This document shows, in pieces, positions 41,484 through 51,720 of a DNA stretch of 64,000 bases. This DNA is from Alphaproteobacteria bacterium (GTDB lineage Bacteria > Pseudomonadota > Alphaproteobacteria > UBA828). How positions within the stretch are numbered: position 1 is the first letter of the stretch; each line of letters starts with the position of its first letter. The position numbers were made by a program, and so were the translations under genes. Location: positions 256,001 through 320,000 of the forward strand of contig CBDCRW010000004.1 in NCBI GenBank assembly GCA_965221125.1, given 5' to 3'. Below the pieces are notes generated by a model. That model searched no databases. It was not told the DNA's origin and saw only the letters and a program-made list of their open reading frames with translations.

Positions 41484-41504
41484 GCGCTACTCCCGCCCCA
41501 ACGG

Positions 41505-41572
41505 GGCCTGCGCCGGCGCGCGAAACTCGCGGACCGGCGTCCCTCCTCGAAGGGTGGCCTGTTACAACCTCT
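41505..41572 (-). ncRNA. putative alphaproteobacterial ffh leader RNA
   Basis: 5' of ffh; minus-strand CCGGTCCGCGAGTTTCGCGC resembles the ffh motif as recalled; boundaries approximate. Confidence 0.5.
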
Positions 41573-41609
41573 CGAAGCGGGCGGACCCTAAGCCCGCTCT
41601 CGCACCGGG

Positions 41610-42455
41610 TCAAGGTGCGGGATTGGTCGGATCGGCCGTGCATCTCAACGGCATGCGCAACGGCGTGGCGGCGGTCTCCTCCCGCCGGCGGGTCACACGA
41701 TCGAAGGCCTCGCGGTAGTCCGGGTGCTCCGTGCCGGCCAGGCGGTCCCACCAGGTGAAGTAGAGGCCGTAATTGGAGCCTGAGGAGCTGTGGTGAAGGT
41801 CGTGGTGCGTGTTCGTGGTCAGGACGCCGAACACCGCATGCTCCGGCATGCCCCGTGGAAACAGCTCGAAGCCGGAGTGGCCGATGACGTTGCGGACGAT
41901 CATGTGAAGCATGAACAGGTAGATGACCGTGACGTGCAGCGGCAGGACGAATATGAGGATTGTCAGGAACAGCGCCTGAATCACGGCCTCCAGGGGGGCG
42001 AAGGCGTAGGCCGCCCAGGGCGACGGGCTGTGCGATTCATGGTGCAGCCGGTGGAAGCGCTCGAACAGGCGCGGATGGTGCATCAGCCGATGCGTCCAGT
42101 AGAAATAGGCGTCGTGAAGCACAATGGTCGCCGCCAGGCTGAAGGCGGCGTAAAGCCAGCCGTAATCCGCAAAATCCGTGTATATGAGCGACCAGCCGTT
42201 CGCCATCGCGACGTAGATGAAGACCCCGTTGAGCGCGAAGATGAACGCCGTGATAAGCGAATAGACCACCTCGCGCCGGATCGCGTGGGGCGGCGCAAAG
42301 CCAGGCTGGATCTTGCGCCCGCGGAAGGGATTGCCCTTCCAAACGTAGAGAGCGAGGAACGCGCCCCCCGCCGGCACGACGATGAGCAGCATGTGCGCAC
42401 CGAGAATGGTCGGCCAAGCCGGCCAGGCCGCGATCAGATCGTCGAAAGCGGCCAT
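41610..42455 (-). CDS. sterol desaturase/fatty acid hydroxylase family
   Basis: His boxes YWTHRLMH, HRLHH, GHSG, HHDLHH, NYG. Confidence 0.9.
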   Translation of the reverse strand: MAAFDDLIAAWPAWPTILGAHMLLIVVPAGGAFLALYVWKGNPFRGRKIQPGFAPPHAIRREVVYSLITAFIFALNGVFIYVAMANGWSLIYTDFADYGWLYAAFSLAATIVLHDAYFYWTHRLMHHPRLFERFHRLHHESHSPSPWAAYAFAPLEAVIQALFLTILIFVLPLHVTVIYLFMLHMIVRNVIGHSGFELFPRGMPEHAVFGVLTTNTHHDLHHSSSGSNYGLYFTWWDRLAGTEHPDYREAFDRVTRRREETAATPLRMPLRCTADPTNPAP

Positions 42456-42608
42456 GGCTGTCCTGCTTCTCGGGGGCTGGAAACCGCATCGGGCGCGATG
42501 TGGGCGGCGGACGTGCCGTCCTCGGTGGCGAGGGCGGCCGGGGGGACCTTAGCTCACGCGGCGATGGTTAGCCATGCGCCGCCAACGCGGGTGACGCGCC
42601 TCGTCGCC

Positions 42609-43469
42609 TTATGCGCCGAGGAAGAGGCGGCCCACTTCCGGGTCTTCGAGCAGGGCGTCGCCGGGGCCGGCCATGGCGAGGCGACCGGAGACGAGGACGT
42701 AGCCGATATCGGCGAACTCGAGCCCTTTCTTCGCGTTCTGCTCCACCATCACGATGGTCTTGCCGTCGCGGCGCTGCAGGTCCGCCAGGATTTCGAAAAC
42801 CATGTCGATGAAACGGGGCTCCAGCCCGATGGAGGGCTCGTCCACCAGCAGCACGTCCGGCTCCATGATGAGCGCGCGGGAGATTTCCAGCAGCCGCCGC
42901 TCGCCGCCGGAGAGCACGCCGGCCTTGCGGTGCCGGCGCCGGGCGAGCCTCTCGTAGCGGTCGAACACGCGCTCGGCCGCCTGTTTCGCGGCCGCCCGCC
43001 GGTCGAGCAGGAAGCCCCCCATGAGCAGGTTTTCTTCGACCGTCATGTCGGGGAAGACCGAGTTGTCCTGCAGCACGTAGGCGACGCCGGCGTCGGCGAG
43101 GCGGCGGCTGGAGGCGAGGCGGGTCACGTCGCGCCCGCCCACGTGGATACTGCCGGCCATCACGTCGGCGAAACCGAAGACGGCGTGGAGCACGGTGGAC
43201 TTGCCGGCGCCGTTCGGGCCGATGAGGCAGAGCGACTGGCCTTGCCCTGCCACGAGGTCGATGCCGTGCAGGATCTCCATGCGGCCGTAGCCCGCGCTCA
43301 AGGCCCGGATGTCGATCGCGGGCTCGCCCTGGCAGAGCGCCTCCAGGTCTTCCCGCGACGGCCCGTCGCCCGCAAGCTCCCGCGCAGCCTCCTCCACCGC
43401 GTCCACCGAGAGCGCGGTCTCGAAGTCCATCGGCACGTCGGGGTCGGTGCCGGGCGGCGTCGCGGTCAT
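42609..43469 (-). CDS. Liv-type ABC ATP-binding protein (LivF-like)
   Basis: GPNGAGKST, LSGGE, VDEPSIGL, VEQNA. Confidence 0.92.
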   Translation of the reverse strand: MTATPPGTDPDVPMDFETALSVDAVEEAARELAGDGPSREDLEALCQGEPAIDIRALSAGYGRMEILHGIDLVAGQGQSLCLIGPNGAGKSTVLHAVFGFADVMAGSIHVGGRDVTRLASSRRLADAGVAYVLQDNSVFPDMTVEENLLMGGFLLDRRAAAKQAAERVFDRYERLARRRHRKAGVLSGGERRLLEISRALIMEPDVLLVDEPSIGLEPRFIDMVFEILADLQRRDGKTIVMVEQNAKKGLEFADIGYVLVSGRLAMAGPGDALLEDPEVGRLFLGA

Positions 43470-44212
43470 CAGCGCGCCCCCAGGTAGGCGTCGATCACGC
43501 GCCGGTCGTTGCGCAGCGCCTCGGGCGGGCCGCTCGCGAGCAGGCGGCCGTGGGCCAGGCAATGGATGTGCTCGGCCAGGCTCATGATCACGCGCATGTT
43601 GTGCTCGATGACGAAGAGCGTGACGCCGAACTCCCGGTTGGCGCGCTGCAGCCGCTCGATCACGCCGTTGATGAGCGTGGGGTTGATGCCCGCCGTGGGC
43701 TCGTCGAGCAGCAGCATGCGCGGGCGTACCATCAGCGCCATCGCAAGCTCCAGCAGCTTGCGCTGGCCGAAGGAGAGCTCGCCCGCTATCAGGTGGCGCT
43801 TGCCGTAGAGGCCGCAGAAGGCGAGCAGCGCCTCCGCCCGCTCGCGCGTCTCGGCGGAGACCGGCCGCATGAGCTGGAAGAGCCCGTGCCCTGCCTCGGC
43901 ATCGCTGATCGCCATGTTCTGCAGGCCCGTCATCTGCACGAAGACGTGGGTCTGCTGGAAGGTGCGAATCAGCCCGAGGCGGGCGATCTCGGCGGTGCGC
44001 AGGCGCGTGATCTCGCGCCCCTCGAAGCGGATCGAGCCGCCGTCCACCGGGTGATAGCCGACGATGGAGTTGAAGAGGGTGGACTTGCCGGAGCCGTTCG
44101 GCCCGATCAGGCCCACCACCCGGCCCTCCGGTACTTCCAGCGATATGTCCTCGTTGGCGGTGATGCCGCCGAAGCGCTTGGTGGCACCCCGGATCGCGAG
44201 CTGCGCGCTCAT
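43469..44212 (-). CDS. Liv-type ABC ATP-binding protein (LivG-like)
   Basis: GPNGSGKST, LSFGQ, LDEPTAG, IEHNM, AYLG. Confidence 0.92.
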   Translation of the reverse strand: MSAQLAIRGATKRFGGITANEDISLEVPEGRVVGLIGPNGSGKSTLFNSIVGYHPVDGGSIRFEGREITRLRTAEIARLGLIRTFQQTHVFVQMTGLQNMAISDAEAGHGLFQLMRPVSAETRERAEALLAFCGLYGKRHLIAGELSFGQRKLLELAMALMVRPRMLLLDEPTAGINPTLINGVIERLQRANREFGVTLFVIEHNMRVIMSLAEHIHCLAHGRLLASGPPEALRNDRRVIDAYLGAR

Positions 44213-45183
44213 GCCCGCTCGCTCCCGTGGCCGCGGTGCTCGTGGCGCGCGGGCCAGCGGGTCCGCGCCCAGCCGAGGATGCCTTGCGGGAAGAACACCA
44301 CGATGGCGACGATGATGACGCCGAGCGCCACGCGCTGCCAGCCGAGCAGGTGGGTCCAGAGCAGCTCCTGCGTGATGTGGAAGATGGTGGCGCCGAGCAC
44401 CGGGCCCCAGAGCGTCCCCTTGCCGCCGAGGATCGCCATCAGCACCATCCAGACGCCGAAGGTGGCGCCGGCGAAGGCGGTATCGCGCGGGTCGACGAAG
44501 CCCAGCATATTTCCCATAGCCCCGCCCACGAGGCCCAGCACGAAGGCCGCCAAGGTCCAGGCCGTGATCTTGTAGAGGCCGGTGTGGAGCCCCATCGCCT
44601 CGGCCTTGTCCTCGTTGTCGCGAATGGCGTTCAAAGCGAGGCCGAAGCGGGTGCGGTAGAGCAGGGCGAGCGCGGCGAAAAGGAGCGCGGCCAGGCCGAA
44701 GTAGAGATAGGCGAAGAAGAGGTTGGCGCTCGCCGGCGCCGCGGGGAAGAGGGGCGGCGAAAGGCCGGAGCCCGCGCCCACGAACTCCCACCCGCCCGCG
44801 ATCTCGCCTGCGGCGATGCCGAGGCCCAGCGTCGCGATGGCGAAGTAGTGGCCCCGCATGCGGAGGATCATGGAGCCCAGCACGATGGCGAGCGCGGCCG
44901 CGATCCCGGCGCCCGTGACCATGCCGAGCACGAGGCCGGGGAAGTAATCGAGCCCTGCGTCCCGCTGCACGACGACCGAGGCGTACATGCCGACGCCGAA
45001 GAAGAGGATGTTGCCGAAGCTGTTGTAGCCGGTCTGCCCGCCGGTGATGTCCCAGGTCTGGGCCATGATGACGAGCGCCCAGAGCATCGCGATCTGCGCC
45101 CGGTAGTCGGGGATCGTGAAGGGGAGCGCCAGGCCTGCGGCGGCGACGCCCAGCATGAGCAGCGGCTGGCGGCGGAGCGTCAC
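44209..45183 (-). CDS. Liv-type ABC permease (LivM-like)
   Basis: GYNSFG, RGHYFAIATL, ILGGKGTLWGP. Confidence 0.92.
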   Translation of the reverse strand: MTLRRQPLLMLGVAAAGLALPFTIPDYRAQIAMLWALVIMAQTWDITGGQTGYNSFGNILFFGVGMYASVVVQRDAGLDYFPGLVLGMVTGAGIAAALAIVLGSMILRMRGHYFAIATLGLGIAAGEIAGGWEFVGAGSGLSPPLFPAAPASANLFFAYLYFGLAALLFAALALLYRTRFGLALNAIRDNEDKAEAMGLHTGLYKITAWTLAAFVLGLVGGAMGNMLGFVDPRDTAFAGATFGVWMVLMAILGGKGTLWGPVLGATIFHITQELLWTHLLGWQRVALGVIIVAIVVFFPQGILGWARTRWPARHEHRGHGSERA

Positions 45184-46082
45184 TTGAGGAACTGCCTGCG
45201 CCGCTGCAGCAGCGTGCTACGGATGACGAGGATCACCACGAGGAGGATGAAGACGAAGGCCACCTGGTACTGCACGCCCAGGATGAAGCCCGCGAAATTC
45301 TCCGCCGCGCCGAGGCCCAGGCCTGCCACGATCACGCCCGGCAGATTGCCGAGCCCCGCCACGATCACGATCATGAAGGAGCGCACGGTGTAGGGCAGCC
45401 CGATGTAGGGGTGGACCGAGTAGGCCATCACGACGAGCGCGCCGGCGGCGCCGCAGAGCGCGGCGTTGATGCCGTAGGTGGCGGCGAAGACGCGGTTCGT
45501 GTCGATGCCGAGGATGCGCGCAGCCCGCGGGTTTTGCGCGGTGGCGCGGATCGCCTGGCCCAGCCTGCTCCTCTTGAGGAAGAGGATGAGCACGCCGCCG
45601 ATGGCGATGGCGCCGCCGAAGGCCGCGACCTTCATCTGCGAGACGGTCACCGTGTAGTCGAGCAGGAACCACGTGCCGAGGCCCGACTGGGCCGTCTTCA
45701 CGTCGCCGCCCCAGATCTGGTTCATGAGCTGCTGCAGCAGGATGGAGAGCCCGAACGTCGCCAGCAGCGAGATGAACATGTCGCGGTCCGCCACCCGCCG
45801 GATCACCGCATGATGCAGGCCGGCGCCGACGAAGTAGAGGACGATGGCGGCCACGGGCACGCCCCAGAGCGGGCTCAGCCCCCAGAGGGTGAGCTGGTAC
45901 GTGATGAAGCCGCCCAGCATGACCAACTCGCCCTGGACGACGTTGATGACGTTCATCACGCCCCAGACCAGCGCCATGCCGTAGGCTGCCACGGCGAAGA
46001 TCGCGCCGATCATCAGCCCGTCCAGCAGGAGCTGGAGGATGAGGAACGGTGCGTCGCCCAGGAGTGCGACGTTTGCAGCCAT
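45180..46082 (-). CDS. Liv-type ABC permease (LivH-like)
   Basis: GMALVWGVMNVIN, GQAIRATAQN, AGLGNL. Confidence 0.92.
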   Translation of the reverse strand: MAANVALLGDAPFLILQLLLDGLMIGAIFAVAAYGMALVWGVMNVINVVQGELVMLGGFITYQLTLWGLSPLWGVPVAAIVLYFVGAGLHHAVIRRVADRDMFISLLATFGLSILLQQLMNQIWGGDVKTAQSGLGTWFLLDYTVTVSQMKVAAFGGAIAIGGVLILFLKRSRLGQAIRATAQNPRAARILGIDTNRVFAATYGINAALCGAAGALVVMAYSVHPYIGLPYTVRSFMIVIVAGLGNLPGVIVAGLGLGAAENFAGFILGVQYQVAFVFILLVVILVIRSTLLQRRRQFLK

Positions 46083-46162
46083 GACGTCTCGGCCGGGTGG
46101 GTCTCGCGGCCGTTAGCGCGGGCCGGTCGGGTCTCTGGGCGAGCGGTGCGTGCGGGCCCCGC

Positions 46163-47401
46163 CTACCGCTCGGACCATGGCGGCGTCGGGTGGCGGACCT
46201 CCGAGGCCGCCCATCTGGTCGGCGCGACCACGACGTAGGCGCCGTCCTGAATCTGGTAGAGCACCATCGGCTTGGCGATGTTCTTGCCGGTCTCGTCGAA
46301 CCTGATGTTGCCGTAGAAGGTCTGCATCTCGGTCGCCGCCAGCGCATCGCGCACCGCGTCCTTGCCGAAGCCGCCGGCACGCGCGAAGGCGTCGGCGAAG
46401 ACCAGCACCGCAGCCGCGGACTCGGCGGCCTGGTAGGGCGGCGCGTAGCCGTATTCCGCCTCGAAGGTCGCGGCGAAATCGGCCGCCGAGCCGAACACGT
46501 CGTCCTGGTACGAAAGCGTCGGCGCCCACTGGCTCGCGCAGAGCGTGTATTCCGAGGCCGCGCCGAACTTGCCGATCACGTCGGCGCTGTCGCAATGGGT
46601 GATCGCCAGCATCGGCACGTCGACCCGCATCTCCTCGACCTGCCTGACCGCAAGCGCCGCACCCTTGGAGTGGCCGGAGATGACGAGGATGTCGGGCTTC
46701 ACCGCCTTCGCCTTGGCGAGCGTCGCCGCCATGTCGTTGAGCTCGGGCGGGAGCTGGTCGTCGATCACGACCTGGATGCCGAATTTCGCGGCATCGGCGA
46801 GCACGCCCGCGCGGATGTCCTGGCTGAAGGGATCGTTCTCGAAGGCACCCGCGAGCTTCAGCGTCGCCGGGTCGCGCCCCTCGCGCTCGGCAAGCTCGGC
46901 CGCGAGCGCGACCGCGCTGGCCAGGTACTGCTCCGTGGTCGACAGCACCGCGAAGAGGTAGCGATAGCCCTTGTTGAAGAGCTGGAGCGAGGCGCCGTTC
47001 GCCTCCACCATGGGCACGCCGTACTGCTCGGTGACCGGCGCGATGGCCTTGGTGAGCCCGGAGCTGTAGGGGCCCAGCATGAAGTCCACGCCGTCCTGGT
47101 TGATCAGCCGCTCGGCGAGCTGCGCGCCGCGCGCGGGCGTCGATTCGTCGTCGTAGTAGATGACTTCGAGGCGGTAATCCTTGCCGCCGACCGCGATGCC
47201 GCCGGCAGCGTTGATCGTCTTGATCGCAAGATCGTAGCCCCGCTGGGTGTGCTCGCCGGCGGTGGTGTACTTGCCCGTGAGCGACACCGCGGCGCCGAGG
47301 TAGACGGTATCGCCCTCCACCTTCGCCTGCGCCGCGCCGGCCGCGAGCATGCTCAGGCCGAGCGCTGCGATAGCGGCCGTCGCGGCCCATCCTTTCCACA
47401 T
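46163..47401 (-). CDS. Liv-type ABC substrate-binding protein
   Basis: signal peptide; SLTGKY, YYDDES, GPYSSG, TFYGNIRFD; start ATG 47401 with GGAGGG RBS. Confidence 0.92.
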   Translation of the reverse strand: MWKGWAATAAIAALGLSMLAAGAAQAKVEGDTVYLGAAVSLTGKYTTAGEHTQRGYDLAIKTINAAGGIAVGGKDYRLEVIYYDDESTPARGAQLAERLINQDGVDFMLGPYSSGLTKAIAPVTEQYGVPMVEANGASLQLFNKGYRYLFAVLSTTEQYLASAVALAAELAEREGRDPATLKLAGAFENDPFSQDIRAGVLADAAKFGIQVVIDDQLPPELNDMAATLAKAKAVKPDILVISGHSKGAALAVRQVEEMRVDVPMLAITHCDSADVIGKFGAASEYTLCASQWAPTLSYQDDVFGSAADFAATFEAEYGYAPPYQAAESAAAVLVFADAFARAGGFGKDAVRDALAATEMQTFYGNIRFDETGKNIAKPMVLYQIQDGAYVVVAPTRWAASEVRHPTPPWSER

Positions 47402-47487
47402 GACCACCCTCCATGAGCGATTGGCTGGCGTTTTCGGCATGGTGGCGAAGGCCGGCTGCACTGTCCACCGCCCGCCGCCATGCCGAA

Positions 47488-48264
47488 CTAGAATAAGTGA
47501 CGCAGGGAGACCCGAAGCCCGTGGCTTCGCAGCGGCGCCTCGCTCGCGGCCTGATCGAGCGGGCGCGGCTCCCTGCTCCCGTCGCGCCAGACCACCCGGC
47601 CGCCGCCCGTCGCGGTTTCGGCGACGCCGAGATCGCAGTACCTCCACGCCAGGTCCAGCGTCGTGCTCTCGCTCAGCGCAGTTGCGACGCCCGCCGTCAC
47701 CATCCAGGCGAAACCGCTCCGGCTCTCGCCGGGCACACGTGTCGTCGTCGTGGGGAACATCATCCGCGTCTCGTCTGTCGCGATCCGGGCGGCGCCGATC
47801 CCGGCTCCGAGGAAAGGGTCGAACGGGCCGAGCCTCGGCAGGCCCAGTGCCGGGAGGTCCGCGTAAGCGGCGATCATTCCCGTCAGGACGGAGAGGTCGA
47901 CCGACACCGACTGCCGGCGCGCCGGCGCCAGGAAGTTAGCGCGGCCCGAAAAAGCAAGGCGAGGACGGTACTCGACGAGAGCCTCGATCCTCACGGCCGG
48001 AACGAGGGTGCCGCCGATCCCGACTTCGAATGCAGCCCCCGTCCCGAAGTCGCCCACCGAGCGATACGGCGCGCCGTCTGGGGCAGGGCCGCAGCCGTAC
48101 AGCGGGACCGGCGCTTCCATTTCACAGTTCTTGTCGCGGAACTCCGTCCCTGTCGGGCGGTCGAGGCCGATTCCGGCCCGCAGATAAACGTCCTCCGCCG
48201 CCGCGGCCCCAGTGCTTATTGCTGCCGCGAGCGCAACGCAGGCGCCGACGAGATGCTGCCGCAC
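47488..48264 (-). CDS. outer-membrane beta-barrel protein (opacity/OmpA-like family)
   Basis: signal peptide, YLRAGIG, PFLGAGIG, FAWMVTAG, DLAWRY.DLG, C-terminal Phe; GTG start with GGAGGAG RBS. Confidence 0.8.
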   Translation of the reverse strand: MRQHLVGACVALAAAISTGAAAAEDVYLRAGIGLDRPTGTEFRDKNCEMEAPVPLYGCGPAPDGAPYRSVGDFGTGAAFEVGIGGTLVPAVRIEALVEYRPRLAFSGRANFLAPARRQSVSVDLSVLTGMIAAYADLPALGLPRLGPFDPFLGAGIGAARIATDETRMMFPTTTTRVPGESRSGFAWMVTAGVATALSESTTLDLAWRYCDLGVAETATGGGRVVWRDGSREPRPLDQAASEAPLRSHGLRVSLRHLF

Positions 48265-48329
48265 GGACCGCGCTCTCCTCCGCCGCGGCACGTTGGAATC
48301 GGGAGGGAGCAACCCGGTCGGGCCTCGCC

Positions 48330-49475
48330 CTACCACTGGGAGCGCGCCTGGATAGGCCAGATGTCCACCAGCGTGTCGCCACGCACGCAGTGATAGACGT
48401 CGTAGAGCAGGAGCGTCTGGTAGCAGTGCGGCACGATGCACTCCAGCGCGTCGCCCACCTGCGGCTGCGACGCGCCCTCCGGCACGGTGACGCGGCCCAT
48501 GTCGTCGCCCACCAGCTCGTAGAGCGAGTCCGGGTGCGCGCCCGAGGCCACGCGGGGCGGGAACTCCTCGCGCTGCAGCTCCTTGATCCCGGCGTCGGTG
48601 ACAACGAATTCGTCCCGCGCGCTGATCACCGTGGTGCGCACGAAGAGCGATGTCTCGAAGGGATGCGGGTTGTCGGGCTCGAATGGCGTGTCGGCGTAGT
48701 TCACGTCCATGAAGATGTAGCTGCCGGCCTGGCACTCGGTGAAGAGCCCGGCGGCCGCGTCGATCGCGTAGGTGCCGGTGCCGCCGCCGGAGACGATCTC
48801 GGGCGCGAGCCCCTCGGCCGCGAGACGCTCGCAGAGCGTGACCAGCGGCGCCGTGCAGCGCTCCTGCTCCGCGCGGCGGGCGGCGAAGTCGGGCTCGCGC
48901 TGAAAGGAGCCGTTGTAGCCCTGTATACCGGCGTAGACAGCGCCCTCTGTCCCGGCGATGTGGCGGGCCAGCGCCAGCGCATCGTCTGCCGAGACGAGGC
49001 CGGTGCGCCGGCCGCCCACCTCGAAGTCCACCAGCATGCGGAGCGGCTTGCCGTGCGCCTTCGCCGCCTGTGCGAGGCGGTCCACCACCGCCGCATCGTC
49101 GACGGCGACGAGCAGCCCGTCCGCGCGGGCATTGAGCCGGGCGAGGCGCGCGATCTTGGGCTCGGTCACGACCTGGGAGAAGAGCAGCACGCCCGGGATG
49201 CCGGCATCGGCCATCACCTCGGCCTCGGCCAGCGTGGCGCAGCACTGGCCGAGCGCGCCGGCCGCGATCTGGCGCTTCGCCACCTCCACGGACTTGTGGA
49301 TCTTGGCGACCGGGCGGACCCCGTGGCCCTCCCTGCCCAGGTAGTTGGCGAGGTAGGCGATGTTGCGCTCCAGCCGGTCGAGGTCGAGCACCAGCGCCGG
49401 CGTGGACAGCATCGTGCGCGAGCCCTGCCGGCCGATCAGGGGTTCGTTGGGGCCGCGCTCTCCGATAGCGCTCAT
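48330..49475 (-). CDS. DSD1/D-threonine aldolase family (fold III PLP) enzyme
   Basis: TPALVLD, RPVAKIHK, RRTG, SGGGTGT, QAGSYIFMD, PHC. Confidence 0.88.
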   Translation of the reverse strand: MSAIGERGPNEPLIGRQGSRTMLSTPALVLDLDRLERNIAYLANYLGREGHGVRPVAKIHKSVEVAKRQIAAGALGQCCATLAEAEVMADAGIPGVLLFSQVVTEPKIARLARLNARADGLLVAVDDAAVVDRLAQAAKAHGKPLRMLVDFEVGGRRTGLVSADDALALARHIAGTEGAVYAGIQGYNGSFQREPDFAARRAEQERCTAPLVTLCERLAAEGLAPEIVSGGGTGTYAIDAAAGLFTECQAGSYIFMDVNYADTPFEPDNPHPFETSLFVRTTVISARDEFVVTDAGIKELQREEFPPRVASGAHPDSLYELVGDDMGRVTVPEGASQPQVGDALECIVPHCYQTLLLYDVYHCVRGDTLVDIWPIQARSQW

Positions 49476-49623
49476 GTGAGTTCCTCGCTCTTGGTTGATT
49501 GCCGTCTGCTCGCGGACGGAGCCGTGTCGCACCATGCTTGTCGCGCGGCCATCGTGGCGACCGGATCAGTGGGGACCGAGCATATCGATTGTTCGGGTTT
49601 CGTCAGATGGGATCGTGACTTGA

Positions 49624-51715
49624 CAGGAACATTTTTTAGTCATGGCTGAGAGGGCGGGATGACCGAGAGCGGGCAGGCTTGGGCCGATGAAGGTCCTGGC
49701 CGAGCTTGGCTGGGCGGCTGCATGGGGTCCGCGGGGGCCGGTAGGGCTCGGTTTTCGGGCTCGCCGGGCAAAGCGATCCCGCCGCGCCGTTCGACGGCGC
49801 GTCCCGTCGCGCTCTGCGACGCGGTTACGCCCGCAGGATCATGCAGCGGGCGCGATCAGGATCGCGTCGAGAGCCTCCTGGGCGCGGGCGGCATAATGCC
49901 GGTTGGCCTCGGGCAGGAAGCGGAAGCGCCCGTCGCAGCGCACGATGGCGATGGCCGCGTTGGTCAGGCAGGAGAGATTGCGCGGCAGGTGGCGCACGTA
50001 CGCCCGGCAGCGGTCTTCGTCATAGGTGAAGTCGCGCACGTAGTGCAGCCGGTTCTCGATGTGCCAGTGATTGCGGACCAGAGCCAGAAGCTCCTCGGGC
50101 CCGGCGCGGTCTGCGCCGAGCGAGGTCAGGCTCCAGGTCACCTCGACGCTGCGCTCGCCGGTCTTGAGGATCTCGCGCTCGCGTTCGATGCGCATCGCCT
50201 GGCGGCGTCCGTGAAGGTTGGCGTAGCCGTCCCATTCGGCAGCGGAGAGGTCGACGACGGCGCAGCGGCGGCGCTCGATGCGGCCATGGCCCTTGTCGAC
50301 GGTTTCGTGCCAGGGCGCGTCGGAGAAGTCGATCGCCTTGAGGTCTTCGAGGATGGTCTCCTGATTGTCCTTCACCGCGGTGACCACGTAGTCGGCGCGA
50401 CGCCCGAGCAGGCAGCGCGCGGTCTCGTGCTGGGCGTGCATCGCATCGAGGGTGACGGTCCGGCCTGCGAGGTCGAGACTGCTGGAGAGTTCGCGCACGG
50501 CGGGGATCTCGTTGCTCTTTCTATCGACCTCGACCTGTCCCAGGACCATGCCGGTCTTGTGCACCAGCGCCGCGACCATCATGCGCCGCCCGTCTTCGGT
50601 CTGCTTCGAGGCGCCGCGCAGGTCCTTTCCGTCCATGGCGACCGGGGCGTGCGCGCCGTCGTGCTGGCCGGTCCACCGGCCGATGGCGTTGTCCAGCGTC
50701 TCCGGCGGCAGGGCGGCGAGGATGTTGTGGAAGGTGGTGATCGCGGGCGCGGTGTAGCGCTTCTTCGAAGGGCTCCAGAACGCGCCGACCGCCTCGAGCT
50801 GCTCCTGCGAGAGCAGGGCGGCGAACTGGGCGAAGGCTGTCGAGCCCCGGTAGCCGGCAAGGCGGGCGGCGACGGCAACCGCCAGCACGGTCTTCAAGGG
50901 ATAGCGCTTGCCCCGGGCATGGCGGCACTCGGGCACCTCGCCCAGGCACTCGAACAGGCTGCGCAGCCGGGGCGCCGTCATCGGCTCGCTGTGTTGCTCG
51001 GCGTTCCAGTTCGCCGGGATCTCGGCCCGGCTCAGCGCTTCGGCGGCGCCATCGCTAAGTTCGAACACGAAGACCTCCTTGGGCTGGCCGTGGTGGCGCC
51101 AGCGCGGAGCAGCTCCGGGGTCACGGGCAAAGCCGCGCGTCATCCCCAGCGAGCGCCAGTTCGACGCGCGGTAGCAGGTGCCGGCGAAGCGCGCGGGATC
51201 GACGAAGGTCTCGGCCAGGAGCGCCGGGTATCCATGCACCGCCTGGGTGTCCGCAGACAGCCGCCGCAGGCTCAGCCCCAGAACCCGCGAGGCCAGGTTG
51301 GGAACCCGCTCAGGCGTCAGGATCACGAAGCGCGAGTTGTTCGCGATCAGATGCAGGCGCCGGAACTGCTGCTCCGCCGACCAGCCGATCCAGCGGTCGC
51401 GCGCGGCCAGCTTGAACGCGCCCGGCTGCCAGCCGATCAGGGCGAGCCAGGTCTCGCCATGCACCGCGACATGGCGCAGCCCCTTGCCGACGACGCCGTG
51501 GAATCGCAGGTAGTGGTGCTCCTCCACCAGCCGGTCCCAGCGCCGGTGCTCCCGCGCGCCCCAGGTCGGGCGCACCGTGACCGCACGCAGATCAATGGAC
51601 GAATCCAGGCCCGGCAACGTCGCCATGGCCGCTACACTGCCACAGCGAAAACGAAATGACCAGCGCCGCGATCACCTCACGCCGCTCGCCGGGCGGACAA
51701 AAAACGAGCCCTGGG
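49624..51715 (-). mobile_element. ISAs1-family insertion sequence carrying DUF4338-transposase fusion
   Basis: imperfect ends CAGGAACATTTTTTAGTC (49624) and GACAAAAAACGAGCCCTG (to 51713); GTGACTTGA repeated at 49615-49623 and 51716-51724. Confidence 0.75.
49839..51626 (-). CDS. DUF4338 (Druantia DruA-like) domain fused to ISAs1 DDE transposase
   Basis: N-term HHYL, WIGWS, NNSRFVIL, NLASRVL, ETFVD, GTCYRASNW; C-term DGKDLRG, KSNEIPA, DAMHAQ, KDNQ, HGRIERR, RNHWHIENRLHYVRD...EDR. Confidence 0.9.
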   Translation of the reverse strand: MATLPGLDSSIDLRAVTVRPTWGAREHRRWDRLVEEHHYLRFHGVVGKGLRHVAVHGETWLALIGWQPGAFKLAARDRWIGWSAEQQFRRLHLIANNSRFVILTPERVPNLASRVLGLSLRRLSADTQAVHGYPALLAETFVDPARFAGTCYRASNWRSLGMTRGFARDPGAAPRWRHHGQPKEVFVFELSDGAAEALSRAEIPANWNAEQHSEPMTAPRLRSLFECLGEVPECRHARGKRYPLKTVLAVAVAARLAGYRGSTAFAQFAALLSQEQLEAVGAFWSPSKKRYTAPAITTFHNILAALPPETLDNAIGRWTGQHDGAHAPVAMDGKDLRGASKQTEDGRRMMVAALVHKTGMVLGQVEVDRKSNEIPAVRELSSSLDLAGRTVTLDAMHAQHETARCLLGRRADYVVTAVKDNQETILEDLKAIDFSDAPWHETVDKGHGRIERRRCAVVDLSAAEWDGYANLHGRRQAMRIEREREILKTGERSVEVTWSLTSLGADRAGPEELLALVRNHWHIENRLHYVRDFTYDEDRCRAYVRHLPRNLSCLTNAAIAIVRCDGRFRFLPEANRHYAARAQEALDAILIAPAA

Positions 51716-51720
51716 GTGAC

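Noticed and set aside
49742-49757. TAGGGCTCGGTTTT as the left IS end
   Set aside because: Resembles the right end, but no target duplication flanks it. 49624 is preferred because GTGACTTGA abuts it. Not fully excluded.
49839-51626. Complete Druantia system
   Set aside because: No DruE helicase or other dru genes; the DUF4338 domain is inside an IS.
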